Of a stretch of 64,000 bases of DNA, positions 12,660-26,353 are shown one piece after another; within the stretch, counting starts at the first letter, position 1; each line of letters opens with the position of its first letter. A model generated the notes under the pieces. That model saw only the letters and a list, made by a program, of their open reading frames with translations, was not told the DNA's origin and did no database searches. Source of the stretch: Squalus acanthias (lineage: Eukaryota). The translations under genes were made by a program, and so were the position numbers. The stretch covers positions 126,048,001 to 126,112,000 of the forward strand of contig CM059431.1 of NCBI GenBank assembly GCA_030390025.1. The letters are read 5' to 3'.

Positions 12660-14830
12660 GTGTTCTCACTATTCCCTCTGACCTTCCCCTCTCTGATCCC
12701 AAACGATCAGTCCTCAGCAAAGGCGTCAGCTTCATCCCCTCAATGAATTTCGAACTTGGCACAAGGCTGAACTCTTCTGCAGTTGTCTTTGCCTCCACGC
12801 ACTCTTCTTTGGCCAGGAGTCTTCCCCCCGCACAACGGACCCTTTCTCCTGTCTTCAGAATTCTTGTTCCACCTGGACCTCTCCCTCTGGCCTCTTATCC
12901 TTTCTCGATCTTTTCATTGAGAACTGCCGGCGTGTATTTGGCTGTCTCAATTTCTCTGCTCACCTCACTCACTCTAACCTACCTCACTCTGAACTTGCAG
13001 CACTCCGTTCTCTCAGATCCAACCTTAACTTTATCATTAAACCTGCTGACAATGGTGACGCCATTGTTGTTTGGCGAATCGATCTCAACCTTGCGGAGGC
13101 TGAACGCCAACTCTCTGACACCTCCTCCTACCTCCCCCTGGACAATGACCCCACATCAAGCCATAATTTCCAAGACTGTCACTGAACTCATCACCTCTGG
13201 AGATCTTCCCTCCATGGTCTCCAACCTCATAGTCCCCCAACATCGCACAGCCCGTTTCTACCTCCTTCCCAAGATCCACAAACAGGACTGCCCTGGTAGA
13301 GCCATCGTTTCATCCTGTTTTTGCCCCACGGATCTGATTTCTTCCTAACTCAACTCTATTTTTTCTCCCCTTGTCCAGTTTCTTCCTATCTACATCCACA
13401 AATCTTCTGATGCCCTCCACCACTTTAACAGTTTCCAATTTCCTGGCCCTAACGGTTTCCTTTTCATCATGGACGTGCTACACCTCCATCCCCCACCAGG
13501 ACTGCTTGAGGGCTCTCCACTTCTTCCTTGAATGGAGTCCCAACCAGTCCCCATCCACCACCATCCTCCTCCTCTGCCTGGCTGAACTTGTTCTCACATT
13601 GAACAACTTCTCCTTTAACTCCACTCACTTCCTCCAAATAAAAGGTGTTGCTATGGAAACCCATATGGGTCCTAGCTATGTCTGCCTTTTCGTGGGATAT
13701 GTGGAACATTCTTTGTTCCAGTCCTACTCAGGACCCCTCCCTCACCTCTTTTTCTGGTACATTGATGACTGTATTGGTGTCATTTCCTGCTCGCGCCCCG
13801 AACTGGAAAATTTCATCAAATTTGCTTCCAATTTCCATCCTTCCTTGACTTCTCTGTCTCCAGTCTGGGGATAGGCTATCGCCTAATAACCAGTATAAGC
13901 CCACTGACTCCCACAGTTGCCTTGACTACACTTCATTCCACCCCACTTCCTGTAAGGACTCTATTCCATTCTCCCAGTTTCTCTGTCTCCATCGCATCTG
14001 TTCCGACGATGCCACCTTCCATACCAATGCTTCAGATATGTCTTCCTTTTTACTCAATCGAGAATTCCCCTCTACCGTTGTTGACAGGGCCCTCGATCAT
14101 GTCCATCCCATTTCCCACACTTCTGCTCTCACCCCTTCCCCTCCCTCCCAGAACCACAGTAGGGTTCCCCTTGTCCTCACCTTCCACACCACCAGCCTCC
14201 ACATTCAACGGATCATCCTCCACCATTTCCGCCATCTCCAGCGTGATTCTCCCACCAAACACATCTTCCCCCCCCTCCCCTTTCAGCATTCCGAAAGGCC
14301 CATTCCTTCCGTAACACCACTCCTCTATCACTCCCCAACAACCACTCCAATTCCCACAGCACCTTCCTGTGCCAGTGCAGGAGATGCAACGCCTGCCCTT
14401 TTACCTCCTCCCTTCCCACCGTCCAGGGCTCCAAACACTCCTTCCAGGTGAATCAGCGATTTACTTGTACTTCTTTCAATTTAATATACTTTATTCACTG
14501 CTCACGATGAGGTCTCTACATTGAGGAGACCAAACGCAGATTGGGTGACTGCTTTGTGGAACACCTCCTTTCCCATTACCATCTCCTTTTGCCTTGCACC
14601 ATCATCCCTTTTGCCATTTAATCTCTCCTGCCTTCCACCCTATCACAGACCTTCATGTTTTTTCCTCCCCTGCCCTCTTTCCCTGTCTCTGCACTTGCTT
14701 AAAACCTGTTACATCGCTAACTTTTTCCAGTTCTGGCAAAAAGTCATCGACCTGAAATGTTAACTCTGTTTCTCTCTCCACAGATGTTGCCTGACCTGCT
14801 GAGTATTTCCAGCATTTTCTGTTTTTATTT
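12660..14830 (+). mobile_element. Penelope-like retroelement (RT plus GIY-YIG remnant), frameshifted
   Basis: RTARFYLLPKIHKQDCPGRAIVS, QIKGVAMETHMGPSY, FWYIDD and RVPLVLTFH motifs across frames; PLE-type terminal sequence 14700-14830. Confidence 0.85.
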
Positions 14831-17800
14831 CTGTAATTGGCATTGAGCCATTTTGGACAATAGTTGTGGACTCCACAACCAGATTAGCAAACTTTTCGAC
14901 CTTCATATTGTTCTGATCAGCTGATGGTGAAATGTTAAAATATATTGTTGCAAGTATGTCCTGATTAGCTGACAGTTTTTCATTAGTGTTAATGAAATTG
15001 CATTTATGGGAATTGCATGTTTCTCAGTTACACCTCCCCGCCCCCCCCACCCCGTGATTATCTTATGAGGAAAGTCAGACATTGCTCGTAATTATCCAGA
15101 AAAAAAACCCTGGACCCCAAATGTTGCTGATATAATCTTAAATAAATCTCCAACATAATGCAAAGATGAAGGCGTGCAATTTCTTATGTTGGAACAATAG
15201 GAATAAGATAAACTAAACTGACACAAAATCTGTTGTTGTACAACGAACTGCCACAGAGCCTGTAATGCAGTGTGAGCTGTTGTAGAACTCATGCTGTTAT
15301 ATGGTCGATCAATGCGCTGATCACAGGTTCATTAGTTAATGACCATTAGATAAAATTGGCCATGTTTTTATCGTGACACAATCAATAGGCAGCTGCCCTG
15401 AAGAAAAATCTATATGTCTGTTGAAACTGGATTACAATCTTTTGAGCAGTGCAGTGTTTTGCAGATCCTTACTTGTAGGAACCCAAAGCAGTTTTGAAAT
15501 TTCAAGGAGCAATGAGCAACATTTGGTTATAATATTTCAGTTTTAGAAATGAGGTGTTAATCTCATTTTTTAAATTTTAATGGCAATGAAATGAAATGCT
15601 AGTTACTTTTATTTTACACGGCAGAGTTTGTTCAATAGGATTTTTGCTAACCTTACGGAAGAAATCTAACCAATCGTGAGTGGCCTGCAATCATGTGTAT
15701 TTTGCACCTCTCAAATGACTTAAAAGTCACTTAACTTGTCAAGTGATGGCTAAGAAGGTTAATCCAGGTCTGAAAAGCCAGTAATGAACAAAATTAAGCA
15801 AAGCAGCGATTCTGTACAGCTAGGTTACTGCCATAAATATTTCCAGATTTTGATTGACTGATTTATACAGCCAAGGGGATAAGAATCAAAGTAATTGCTC
15901 TTATGTGCATAATAAATCTCCAAATTTTGAATTCAGAAACAAAACTAATTAATTAAATTAAATTAAAATTCAAGTTTGAAAAATAATCATCAGTTTCTAA
16001 AGTTTATAATGAAAAATTCACTTAAATTAACATCATGATTATTTCTGGCACGGCTTTGTATTTGCCATGATTTATTTAAACAAGAAAAAAACCTTGATAT
16101 TTTCAAATTCTCTTGAGTCAGAATAAAATATACAGCATTTCAACACATGGCAGTTGGAGACTAAGCAATGCAGGGGGATTTTTAAATCGCTTACTGCTCA
16201 TCTATTTAAAGTGCTCATGAGCAGATCACTATGAGCTGGTCAGTCTCTGATTGAGCCTGGTTTCCTGAGAAACCCTCTTCCGCCAATGTATACACTGAAC
16301 CAGCAATGAAGCAATCACACCAACATCTATACTGAGTAGATACTCCATCACATAGTTGCGCTGCTTGTCTGTTTTAATAAGAGATGCCCTCAATGTGCCC
16401 TGGTCATTTTCATAACTACTAGCAGAAAACAGCACAAGTTTCTACTAGCCTTAGTAACTCCTTTAACAATTATAATCGCTTGTTTTAAAGGGACAAAACT
16501 GAGAATGACGAGACAAACAACATTTGCTGCCTTCAAATGCATGAATTGCTTGTGGAAGCGCAACAGGCAGCTCACACAAATAATGTTAATAAGGCTCGAG
16601 GCTCCATTTAGGGCCAGCCTCGGGTCTCTTATCTGCTGAAGAAGGGGCCGTAAACAGCTTTTACCCCTTGAAGTCAATTAAATGGCAATTGCAATTCCTT
16701 GTAAATTTCTTTCTCAAAAGGTCAGAAGAACCTATCATGAAATGACTGGCTTTCTTTCGTTTGTAAGATTGTTTTGCAGATGTAATACAGTGTGACTTTG
16801 GAAAGTGATGGAGGTAGACTAGAGACAAGGGGCGCAAAACTGGGTTTAGTTTGTACCTACAGCGCAAATACAACAACTTCACGCTGCTCATTGCATTTCA
16901 ATGATGAAGGAGACAGCAAGATACCGTTTTCGCGATGCCAATGGTGGCGTGGGGCAACTTGGACAGCAACTTTTGGATATTTACGTTTAACCGCGCATCT
17001 GCCCCTTGCCTGAAGTTGCTGTGCCATTTGCACATAAATAATGGAGAGCGTCATTAGCCTCATCGCTATTTTGACAGAAAAATCTCTCCCAATAGGTTTG
17101 TGAAAGAAATGTTCAGATATGGTGATAAGTCATTCTTACACAAATAAATAAATTATGACTTCCTTTCTCCTTGCAGGTAAATAAATAAATATGTTTGTTC
17201 CTCTCACATACTGCTGCTAAAATAGATCAATCAATCTGTGTATGTGCCATGTGGAAAGGGTGGCTCAGGGTGGAGAAGAGCAATTCAGAGGAGAGTAGGG
17301 TGATTCAGGTGCATTTGGCTACATAATGCTTTTGCCTAATGGGGTTGTTAAGGAATGGAAGCAAAATGACCATGTATTCCATTGCTAATCTATTTTAATT
17401 AAACCTCTGACAGAAAAAAATTAATGGACACATGAAGGTTAGATTGTCATCCTCACCATCTGGACAGTAATCTGGTGGAGTGAATTGCCCACCTGTTATA
17501 GAAACTACCTGAGCCAGTATTTCATTTCATTGATGTCAATAACGGGTTCTATAAAGGGTGGTCGATCCATTCCGCTAGATTACCATCCAGGCAATGAAGT
17601 TTAATCTTTTTTCTTGTAAATGTTATCATTTTTTATGTTTTTATATCTGTTGCCAATTCTTGTGGGTCCTTGTTGGGACAAAACCTCCATCCATCCCAAA
17701 CATGATGCCTTGGGGTACATGGGCTGTAGCTGGGTGAAGAGGCCTGTGATCCACTGGCAGCTGGTATGGTGGATGAAAAGAGGTCATCCTGGCCAGTGGA

Positions 17801-18486
17801 AGTGGGCCCAAAAGGAAATTTTGGTCTGGCCACCTGAAGACAAATGCTGCCTTTGATAGGCCCCAACCAAAAGGCTACTGGGGCCTATTCCAGCAGCAGG
17901 CCTACACTGCATTCCCTGCCCCACTCTCCCACCTTCGTGACGGGCCCCCAAGATGGGCCTGTAGTGGCATGGTTGCCTGCCAGGAATATTTAAAATAGGG
18001 AACATCGCCCTGACCCTGCAGGATCAGTGGCAGAGGTTACTGGCAGGAGGCTATTGGTGCTTACACTGGGATCAATGGACCTGCAGATGTTTGGACCCAA
18101 TGGGCTAAAAATTGGATTGTCCCAAAAAATGGGCGTGGGGACCGTGATGTGTGATCACCCGCGCCGGTTGAAAAGAATGCAGGCAGCATGCGACCTTTAT
18201 GCTCCCTGTTAATTATAATCATTGTAGCGTTCAACCCAACGCTGAACATGCTGCTGAGTGGCTGAATGCTCAGCAGGGGACCCAAATTATTGCAAGGCTA
18301 GCGCCAATAAAAACTAGCCTCCACTTCTTAAAGGCAGTCTGCACCTCTTAAAGGAGAAGTGCATTCTGCCTGCAGCATCTCATTCATTCGGCTGGGGAAG
18401 ACAGTGCAAAACAACTACTGATGTCACAACAGACAGAGAGCGAACACCAAGCTGACTGATCTATAATTCCCTGGTCATGTTCTATC

Positions 18487-18625
18487 TCACTTCTTAAATA
18501 TAAGTATTACATTAGCTATCCGCCAATCCTCTGGCACTACACCTTTTTCTAATGAAGTATTAAATATGTATAGTATAGCCTCTGCTATCTCTTCCCCTGA
18601 TTCTTTGAAAATGTGCGGATATGAT
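18487..18625 (-). mobile_element. CR1 ORF2 fragment
   Basis: EEIAEAILYIFNTSLEKGVVPEDWRIANVILIFKK. Confidence 0.8.
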
Positions 18626-19983
18626 CCGTCCTTGTTGCCTCTGCTCCATCTCGCTCTCATGCTGCAGGCCAAGATGGATGACAACTAGAGCACCCATGAC
18701 TGGGAGCAAGTAGTCTGACCAGAAGCCTTGAAATCAAAAGCAAGGCCTTCTCCACTTGCAGCACCCTTCCCTGTCACCTCACCAACTTTAAACAACTCTA
18801 GAAAGCTCCAAACACTTCCACAAACTTACACAGAGCCAGTAGAAATCCATCAGCAACTAATGTTAAAGTAGTTGCTGATCCCTTTAAATATCGCTGGTGG
18901 GGCGTCCTTGTTGATGCTGAATGCATGTTCAGCTGTACGAGTTTACGACAGGGCATTAGCTCAGGCGTTGAGGATGGAAATGGCAGCACTGCCATCAAAT
19001 CGGCATTGCACGTTGATTGACGTCACAATCTGCGCACTCTGCATACGCCCAGCGCCCGTGCACCCATCCTCATCAAGATGGCATCTGGTGCGGCACACAG
19101 CAGAAGTGTGCACACACTGCATGGACGCCATTTTCGGCACAAAATGCCATGTATAACGCCAAAAAATCGGAGCGCTACGGAGCCGAATTTTTCACCCAAT
19201 ATGTTTTTAACCAAATGTCAATGCAAAGAAACCCTGGGGAGCCTTAACGCATATTGGCCCAGAGTTAGCTGAGAAATTAATGGCGAGTTTAATGCACACA
19301 CCGTTCACAGTGTGTAAATAACCCAGCAGTTTGTGGTGAGGAAGAAATACACTGTGAGTTGCTGGACGATTAGCCTCATGATAGCGGAAGCTCACCATCA
19401 ACCTCCCCATGAATTTCATGAAATTACTGCATTTGCATTGCTAAACAAATTAAACTTGCTCCAGAAAGTTAGGGCTGGTACTTAACAATGTAAGAACCCT
19501 TTTAATCATGAGACTTATGTTCCTGCAATGTCACTCAATCTCTCTGGCCCAGAAAGGGAACTATTGAAATTGTGGAGTCTCATTCCTACAGGTAGAAAAA
19601 TGTTCCTTGAGGTTTTTAAAATTTATTGGGGGAGAATTTCATTATAGCCCAGGAATGGGCGGTAACTTCAGAAAAGTTTGAGATTTAGCACCAGGTACAA
19701 ATGAATCATGCTGCATGCAAAACTAAGTATCATCACTCAAGGAAAGGTTTGGAGTGCTAAATCAAGCACTAATGGCCGAGCTCAGTGGCGCTATACTCAA
19801 AGCACTATCCAATATCAGGTGCAGTCTAATTGCAAATGATCATTGCCAGAGGCTCTTTCCAGTTCTTAAAGGGGAGGTTTGTTGATGCGGCAGAACCTCA
19901 TTCTCAGCATTGCTGGCTGTGAACCTGTGTCAGCAAGCAAGAGCAGGCCAAGCCCAAGGAGCCGGATGACTCAAGTAGGTGTC

Positions 19984-21793
19984 ATGATTGCAGATCCACG
20001 CCCCAGGGAGAGAGCCAGCAGATTTTCAGACAAAGCATTGGAGGAGTTGGTGTCCGCTGTGGAGAGAGGGAGGGTGGTGCTCTACCTGACAAGTTGCAGG
20101 ATGCCCTCTCCATGCCATGTGGAGGGAGGATGCCTAGCATGTCTCGGGCAGCACTGTGGTCCCCAGGACCCAAATACAGTGCAGGAAGAAATTTAACGAC
20201 CTCACTCGGGTGGTTAGGGTGAATCAAAGCCTCAACAAATGCTACATACCACCGTCTGAACCACAGTCTGCATACACTGGCCAAAGCACCACACCCCCAA
20301 CACTCACTCACCAACAATCTCTACCGACCAACACTCACACCCACATCTCACACCTTGCACACAATGACAGCTATTCAACTATGGCAGACAAATCACCCAG
20401 ACACATTGCTCCACACTCACTCACACACTTGCCTTTCTCTTGCAGGCCAAGGTGGCTCACAAAAGGAGGGAGCAGGATCACACAGGCGGGGGACAAGCCG
20501 ACACCCAACCACTGTCTGCACTAGAAAATAGAGTGCTGGAGATTATTGGGCGCCAAGTGGTGGGCGCTGTAGCCATCGGCGACGTTGACCCCCTCGGGGA
20601 CAACAACACTATGTTCATCCCTACTCCTTCTTCTGACATCCCACTTCCTCCTCATCCCACAAGCGTTTCGCACTTTCCAGCTAATCATGCTGCGTGTATT
20701 CATGAGCAAGCACGTGAGCAGCCTGTCCCTGAGGGCACCATTGAGAGCGAGGCGGGAGAAGAGGAGGAGGAGGAAGACACCGCGTCACTGCATGTCTCAC
20801 CTGCAGGCACCAGCTCAGATACTGGCACTACGTGTTCTTTACAGGCTAGTATAGTAGCGGGATCTGCACAGGGTGATGCACCGGGGACGAGCGGGCTGCA
20901 GCACGGCCAGGGGGAAAGGGTAGCTCGGGGGCCAGCCCCCTGGAGGGTGAGTTCGCGCGCGAGTTCTGCTGCACAGGACTCAGATGAGGACCTCGATAGA
21001 CAGGCCTTTAGAAGAACAGTGCTTGGCATGCACACGGAGATGATAGGTGCAATGGCAAAGGTGTCCGAGAGCCTGTCGGCAATGGTGAGGAGTGTGGAGG
21101 AGTCTGCCTCCAACATTGCACAAAGCTCTGCGCACACCATGGAGGCCATCATTTCCAGTCTGGAAAGGGTGGTCAACTCCCAGAGAGACCCTGGCTACCC
21201 TGACCTGATGCCGCGTGTGATGGGCGATCTGGCAGCTTCCATTGCAGCACAGGAAGCAACACAACATCTTAGTGCTATAATGCAGTCTATGGTTGGTGCC
21301 ATTTAATCTCAGACTGCTCTCATTCAGTCTCAGCTTGATGCCACGAAAGCTCTGACTGCTGCCATCGTGGCTTGGTCTACCATCATTGACTGGGGCTTTC
21401 ACGGTGTCGCAGTAGGCTGCGACAGATTGCTAGGGATGCTGAGGTGCTGCCCCGGGGGAGTGGCAGTGGTCAGTGGAGCAGGAACCTGCTGTCCTCTCTC
21501 AGGATAACAGCATTTCTGCTCCCACCACTGCCACTGTCTTTTGTCGCTGCCTGTCATCCAGCCAGCCCAGACTGCTGCCGCCCCATGCTGAAGTAGTGCA
21601 GTCTACAGCCGGGCCTTCCAGGCCCAGAGCTGGTCGAGGGTGTCCTGCAAGGCCATCTGAAGTCTCCCGCACGGACACTCAGCAGCCTTCCACCAGCTGT
21701 GCTGCAGCCGCTCGGGAGACACTACGTAGGAGCACTAGAGTAGGCAAAGGCACAGTAACAAGAGGCACTAAGGGATTGCACAAGGGTGAATAG
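19984..21793 (+). pseudogene. Harbinger Myb/SANT-like DNA-binding protein gene, intron-containing, disrupted
   Basis: RERASRFSDKALEELV..PRTQIQCRKKFNDL SANT-like motif, probable intron ~20219-20445 (GTGAAT..TTGCAG), then acidic and coiled segments. Confidence 0.75.
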
Positions 21794-21966
21794 TTAATAT
21801 TGTTGTTGTAAATATGTGTTCAGTGATTATTGATAAATTTATTAATTCAGTTTGTATTATTTTGTGGTGTGTCTCTTTTCATCTTTTCATCTTTGCGCTG
21901 TGATATGGCCTGCAACAGATTTGGAATGATGGGGATGTGGTGAGCAATGGGGATCTGGGGTTTAAT

Positions 21967-23022
21967 TTATTGGAACCTCAGTCTGATGAGGCGGTCATGG
22001 ACTGACCTTCCAGAAGGCCAATTAAGTGGCTGCCTCCTCCCTCGCTCCTGTTCCTCCTCCTCCTCATCCTCCTTGTCTTCCTCTTCCTCCTCCTGAGGTG
22101 GTCCCGCAATCCCTGGTGGCAAGGGCTGGGTCTTCATGATGGCCAAGTTGTAGAGCATGCAGCAGACCATGACGAAATGCAACAGCCACTCAGCCGAGTA
22201 CTGGAGGGCTCCTCCCGAGCGGTCAAGGCAGTGGAACCATTGCTTGAGCACCCCAATGGTCTGCTCAATGATGTTCCTGGTGGCAGCATGGCTCTCATTA
22301 TATGAGTGCTGGGCAGGAGTGTTGGGGTTGCGGAGAGGAGTCATGAGCCAGGTGGAGAGCGGACAGCCCTTGTCTCCGACCAGCCAGCCGCGAGCTTGAC
22401 GTGGTGGCTGGAAGAGTGCTGGTGCAGGATGAAGGCGTCGTGGCTGCTGCCAGGATAGCAGGCATTGACATTGAGAACTCAGTGTGTGTGGTCACACACC
22501 AATTGCACATTAAGTGAGTGGTAGCCTTTGCGGTTACAGAAGAGGTCAGGATTGTTATGCAGTGCCCGCAAAACTACATGGGTGCAGTCAATGGCGCCCT
22601 GCACCATGGGGATTCCCACTACCCTGCAAAGCCACATGCATGCTCGTCCTGCTTCTCTCTGGTGATGGGGAAGGAAATGTAATCCTTCTCCTACTGTGAA
22701 GACTCTCTGTGACCTATCGATGCAGCGATGGACGGCGAACTGCGAGATGTTAGTTATGTCTCCTGTTGCATCTGCTGGTGAAGAACTTGACTGCCACTGA
22801 GAGAGCCGTGGTCACCCTGATCTGAGGCTCGAGGTCTGGGAGGCTGAGCTCTGTGACCACCTCCTTGGTGAAGCAGAGCCTTCTAATACACTGCTCCTCG
22901 CTTAATTGAAGGTAGAAGTGCTGTCGGAATACTCTCGGAGGCTGAGGCCTCCTGTTGAGAGCCTCCTCCTCCCTATGGCCACATGTTTGTTTCTTTCTCG
23001 CTGCCTGCGCTCCCTCGGCCAT
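21967..23022 (-). pseudogene. Harbinger DDE transposase (HARBI1-like), frameshifted
   Basis: [63 protein letters not shown]. Confidence 0.85.
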
Positions 23023-23589
23023 AGATCCTGGAGGGTGAGGTCGACTGCCAGTACAGCCTCCGTTAATGTAACCAAGTGTAGCACTTTGCTATGTTGTGGG
23101 AATAAATGTAACTAACTTTTAGTAGCCACAACACTCAGGAGACTAAACAACCTTTAAATAATTTGAACTGTTGCACAATATCAAACTGACAAGGAAGCAG
23201 TGAAACATCACGAACCTGAGAGCTGCGACTCATTACCCATCATCCCTTTAAGTAGCGCCCCTGGAGCCGGCTACCGACTGCTTCATGCCTCCTCTCCCTG
23301 TCGCTGTCGGGCGAGGCGCTAAGGCAGGGGGCGGTAATCAATTTTGCAGATATGGCTCCCAGTGAGCATTGTATGATCACTGACGTCACGATCTGCTTGG
23401 CGCTGAAGTCCCCGGCGTTAACTCATAGCGGCAGCACTACTGGGGTGCTAGATGTGGCATGAGTCGCTGGATTTGCCTCGCTGTTGCGTTACTGCCTCAG
23501 CGCCCCATTAGCGCCCCCGCCAGGTGCTAACTGGAGGCGCTAAGGTACCAAATTTCTCCCCCATTATTTTTAATTTTTTAATTTTCTTC

Positions 23590-23845
23590 TTAGAATCATC
23601 GAATCATAGAATGGTTACGGAAGGAGACCATTCGGCCCGTCGAGTCCACTTCAGCTAGTCCCACTCCCCCCGCCCTTTCCCCGTAGCCCTGTACATTTCT
23701 GTCCTTCAGATACTTATCCACTCCATTTTGAAAGCCGTGATTGAATCTGCCTCCACCACCCTTTCAGGCAGTGCATTCCAAACCTAACCACTCACTGCGT
23801 AAAAAAGTTTTTCTTACGTCACCTTTGGTTCTTTTTCCAATCACT
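23590..23845 (-). mobile_element. CR1 LINE 3' fragment
   Basis: TAGAATCAT repeat tail and CCACCACCCTTTCAGGCAGTGCATTCCA, shared with 2200-2560. Confidence 0.75.
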
Positions 23846-24385
23846 AACTTTTCTTTTCTCTCTTTTATTTATCTCTTTTTTAATCCAATCTTTCATTCCC
23901 TCTCTTTATTTCTATTTCTGTATTTAATTTGACTCTAATTCACCCTGTTCCTCTGTTTCTTTCTCTATCCTTAAATGTAATTGATTAAGGAGATGGACTG
24001 TTGGCCCTGTCATTCACCAAGGTCCCAGATGCCCCACTGACCTCACCATGCCGTTATCAGCTCGCACTTCCAGCAATTTGTAGCACAAACATTTTTCAAG
24101 CAGTACAGTGAGGAAAAAAATCTAACAAACGATGCCCCAATCCAACAAATTCTGGGCAGTTATCTGATGATATTGAACAGGTTTTCGAATATAAAGTAAT
24201 AAAATAAAGAATATAATGTAAAGCTACCTGAGGCGATGAGCAGTATTTATGTGGACCACCCATAAGTCTTATTTGAAGTCTTAATCAGAAAGCTAATGTG
24301 ACATTTTTGTTTTAGATTTCTGAATTTCTGTATTACGGAAGGAAGAAAGAAATGAAGAACCATATTTAAGCATCATAATAATATT

Positions 24386-25149
24386 GGGACAGAAATTAGG
24401 CTCGCCACGGGTGAGTATGTACTGTGTACTCACCCGTGGACAGAACGAAAGTGCCGGTTTCTTGCATGCATTGCGCATGCGCGGGAAACCGGCACTTCCA
24501 TTCCCCTGAGGAAAGGGGTTCAGAGGTCGAACGCACACGCCGGAGGGCCAGCGCGTTCGCCTCGCACTTCGGGTTTTTTTTACAGGTTCCTCCGTGAGGG
24601 TAAGCACGGAGAAGATACACTTTTAAAAAGGATGCGCAAGGCCTTTTTTTAACAAGGTAAGTGTTGATTTATTAAAATTTAAACATTTTTTTCACAGATT
24701 TATCTTTTTTAATTACTTTAAAGAAAGGTAAGTTTAGTTTTAATCCCGTTAAAAAGTGTAATTAATTTTTTCAAAAATTTAAATTTTAGTTTAAAATAGT
24801 TAATTACTGTAATATAGTTATTTTAAAAATATGTGATTTTTTTAAAAAATTTATTTGTAGTTTTAGGGATGTTTTGGGGCCGATCTGTATTCATAGATTT
24901 GACAGATCTTCCTGTAAATCTATGAATGAAAGATGGTCTGCTGCCATTGGCTCTCCATGGCCCACGTGATCCCAGGGGATGCATCGCACTAACTACGCCC
25001 CTGGGATATGCAAGCACTGCGCGCCGGCAGCTGTAGGAGGCCCAGGACCCGAATTCCTCGTGGGCCCAGGGGTCAACGGCAGGCGCGGTAGGTAGGTGCC
25101 CGCGCGATCCTTGCACCCGCGGGAAGCCAGGGAGCCGAATTTCTGGCCC
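24386..25149 (+). mobile_element. Harbinger-type MITE, family A (complete)
   Basis: TIRs GGGACAGAAATTAGGCTC / GAGCCGAATTTCTGGCCC; homologous to 1-650 and 38908-39635. Confidence 0.8.
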
Positions 25150-26353
25150 AATAATTGAACACTGAGAATTAAGAGTTGACATGACAGAAATCAACTCATT
25201 CTGCTTGACAATTTGTTTAAGAACCTAAAAAGGAAGATACTACAGATGCTGGTAACTCAAAATAGAACAGAAAATGTTGTCAGAACTCTGGGTGTTGCTG
25301 AGTTATTTCAGCATTTTCTCTTTTTCTTTGTTCAGAAATCCAATATTCTGGAGGAAGAAGCACCAGAGAGAAACAGTTATAACCGAGATTGTAGTAAGCC
25401 AGAGAGCTAAATAATACAAAGCATTAAACCAGTACTGGTAACTAACTCGGCTGACAACTCCTCCGCCTTCTAGATAACTTGATGTAGTCAGTCACAGTGA
25501 CTTACAAAGCTTTATGTAGGTCTCAGCTCCTGTTCTCATTATTCATATTTATGTTTCTCACATCTCCAAAGCATGACATTTAAAAAGTAATTTACAGACT
25601 GTTATACTAGGGAAGAAAAGGTTAATTGTATAGTTTTGTATTTTCTTTTAAATTGATTGTTCTTTGGTTCCTAAATTGTATTGTACAAGCCTACTGCAGC
25701 AGTTGGGTCATTTTTACAAACATGACAAATTCAGGTATGATTTTTTATTCTCATCAATTTTCTCTGGAGTTTCCCTCCCTTCCCTTCCTTTTCTGAATAT
25801 ATTAACTTCCTGCTGGGGTCGATTAGAGGGCACTGGCAGCCCTCTAGCACCTTGCCCAAGTAACCATTGTTCACCTCTGAGCCATGACAGTGAGGGCTGC
25901 AAAGCTATTGCAAGACTATTCATCTGTGAGACCGAGCTAAATCTATCTTCAGCTGACATCCACATACATGTGGTTTCAGCAGAGAATGTTTGATTGCAAA
26001 CAGGAGCAAAAACAGGATTGCTGAGGCCAATTAAAACAACACTACTGCCAACCCAGCTAAGATTAACTAACTCGCCACAGACTGTGGTTCAAACCTGAGA
26101 CCATCTCGGTCTACATGGTTGAGCCACTCGTTGGCTAGACTTGGCAAACAGCCTGAACCGTAGGTTTCTAGAAAGAACAGGGAACTTCAAATATAGAAAC
26201 TCTCAGATTTTTATAACATTGATACAACTAGGGGTTGTAGAATTCGCAATTATCGCGATTTCATTTTAATAAGGAGAAAACACAAGTTTCGTTCAAAACA
26301 GCTTTTATTTCAACGGAATGCTGTCAGGTTTAAATTGGACACAAGCAGCCTGT

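Larger units (their letters stand above)
19628..23562. mobile_element. Full-length, decayed autonomous-type Harbinger (PIF/Harbinger) transposon
   Basis: TIRs GGGGGAGAATTT / AAATTTCTCCCCC, TSD ATT/ATT, convergent Myb/SANT gene (+) and transposase (-). Confidence 0.9.
19256..24158. mobile_element. Older MITE interrupted by a Harbinger element and a CR1 fragment
   Basis: GGCCCAGAGTTAGCTG at 19256 and CAACAAATTCTGGGC at ~24157 form degenerate TIRs; AT-rich sequence continues across the insertions. Confidence 0.45.
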
